Shown: positions 63,177-64,000 of the stretch, piece by piece
Layout: each line of letters opens with the position of its first letter
How positions within the stretch are numbered: the first letter of the stretch is position 1
Notes under the pieces: model-generated
What the model was told of the DNA's origin: nothing
Database searches by the model: none
What the model saw: only the letters and a program-made list of their open reading frames with translations
Source of the DNA: Tubiluchus corallicola
Taxonomy: Eukaryota > Animalia > Priapulida
Direction of reading: 5' to 3'
DNA length: 64,000 bases
NCBI GenBank assembly: GCA_030141605.1
Contig: JAQGDQ010000066.1
Span: 248,001 to 312,000 of the forward strand
Position numbers and translations under genes: made by a program

Positions 63177-64000
63177 GCTAGCAATATAATACCAACCAAA
63201 CACTAAAGTTAATTAGCGAACAGAAAAAGCAATAGCATCAGTAGTAATAATTAGCAAAAGAACCAACACAAGCCATTAAAATGATTGCTTCCAGTGTTGA
63301 AAAATTTTACTGTAAATTTTATGGTTTGCTAAATTTGCATATGTTTATTAGTGACTGTTGAAACTTAAAAATGATTTTTACATACCTAATGATTTCTTTA
63401 GCATGATGCTCCAAAAGCACCAGAAACAATCATTAAATTTGGACACGTCTGTGACCCAGTTTGTGACCCAGTTCACACACGTTCGTCTATCATGAACGGC
63501 GGGACAGTTACGTGCGTTTCAGAAATCTAGAAAACTGTTTGGATAGTATAAACGGAAAAAATATGCCTTAACTTCAATTACGTACTTTGTCATTTCGCTT
63601 TACTGTTTCAGTTTGACAAGCCATACATAAATTTTGGCTTACACTAGCTGGAAAAATATAACTCTAACGTTCTTCAACAAAGTTCAGTTCTTTGAAGATA
63701 CGTTTTTTCAGATGAGATAGTACAAGAAAGAAAATCTATATAAAGTTCAATATTTATATCGACAAAAAGCTTACAAACTCTTTATCAGTAATGAACCTCC
63801 AAATTTAACTTCATGGAAAACTTCATTTTTGCAAAGAACTTAAAAGAATGAAATCATAAACAGCGGTGTAATTACGCAGCTAGTTTTGAATCAAGTTTCA
63901 ATCAATCCGTCCAATCCATTGTTAAATCCTATTTATTATCGAAGGAAAAACTACCGAATATAAATTAGAGTTAACAACAACCAAATAATTTATAATACTC

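Noticed and set aside
63450-63473. Tandem TGTGACCCAGTT x2 as a nuclear-receptor element
   Set aside because: A simple 12-bp duplication explains it and the promoter position is unknown.

Overview
AT-rich, intron-rich animal genomic DNA, probably a protostome invertebrate (inferred from the PMCA C-terminal exon set; species not identifiable). The + strand carries a complete plasma-membrane Ca2+-ATPase gene (PMCA/ATP2B, P2B-type) from the ATG at 7458 to 43643. I reconstructed it by hand as 21 frame-consistent GT-AG exons (1126 codons, including a 42-nt splice-site-A exon) followed by two alternative terminal exons, giving about 1231 aa or 1206 aa. Splice site C also has a 69-nt cassette exon. 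One PMCA acceptor exists as a 78-bp tandem duplicate whose upstream copy reads into a stop codon. The - strand from 48734 to 62825 holds three paralogous, very large, phase-0, stop-terminated exons encoding Cys-free Gln/Pro/Gly/Tyr-rich low-complexity proteins that share a short motif, plus a decayed fragment of a fourth copy. I do not recognise this family. It is either a tandem family of structural or adhesive proteins or one gene with alternative giant terminal exons. The remainder is microsatellites, minisatellites, MITE-like elements and tRNA- or 5S-derived fragments. All coordinates were read by eye and no database search was run.
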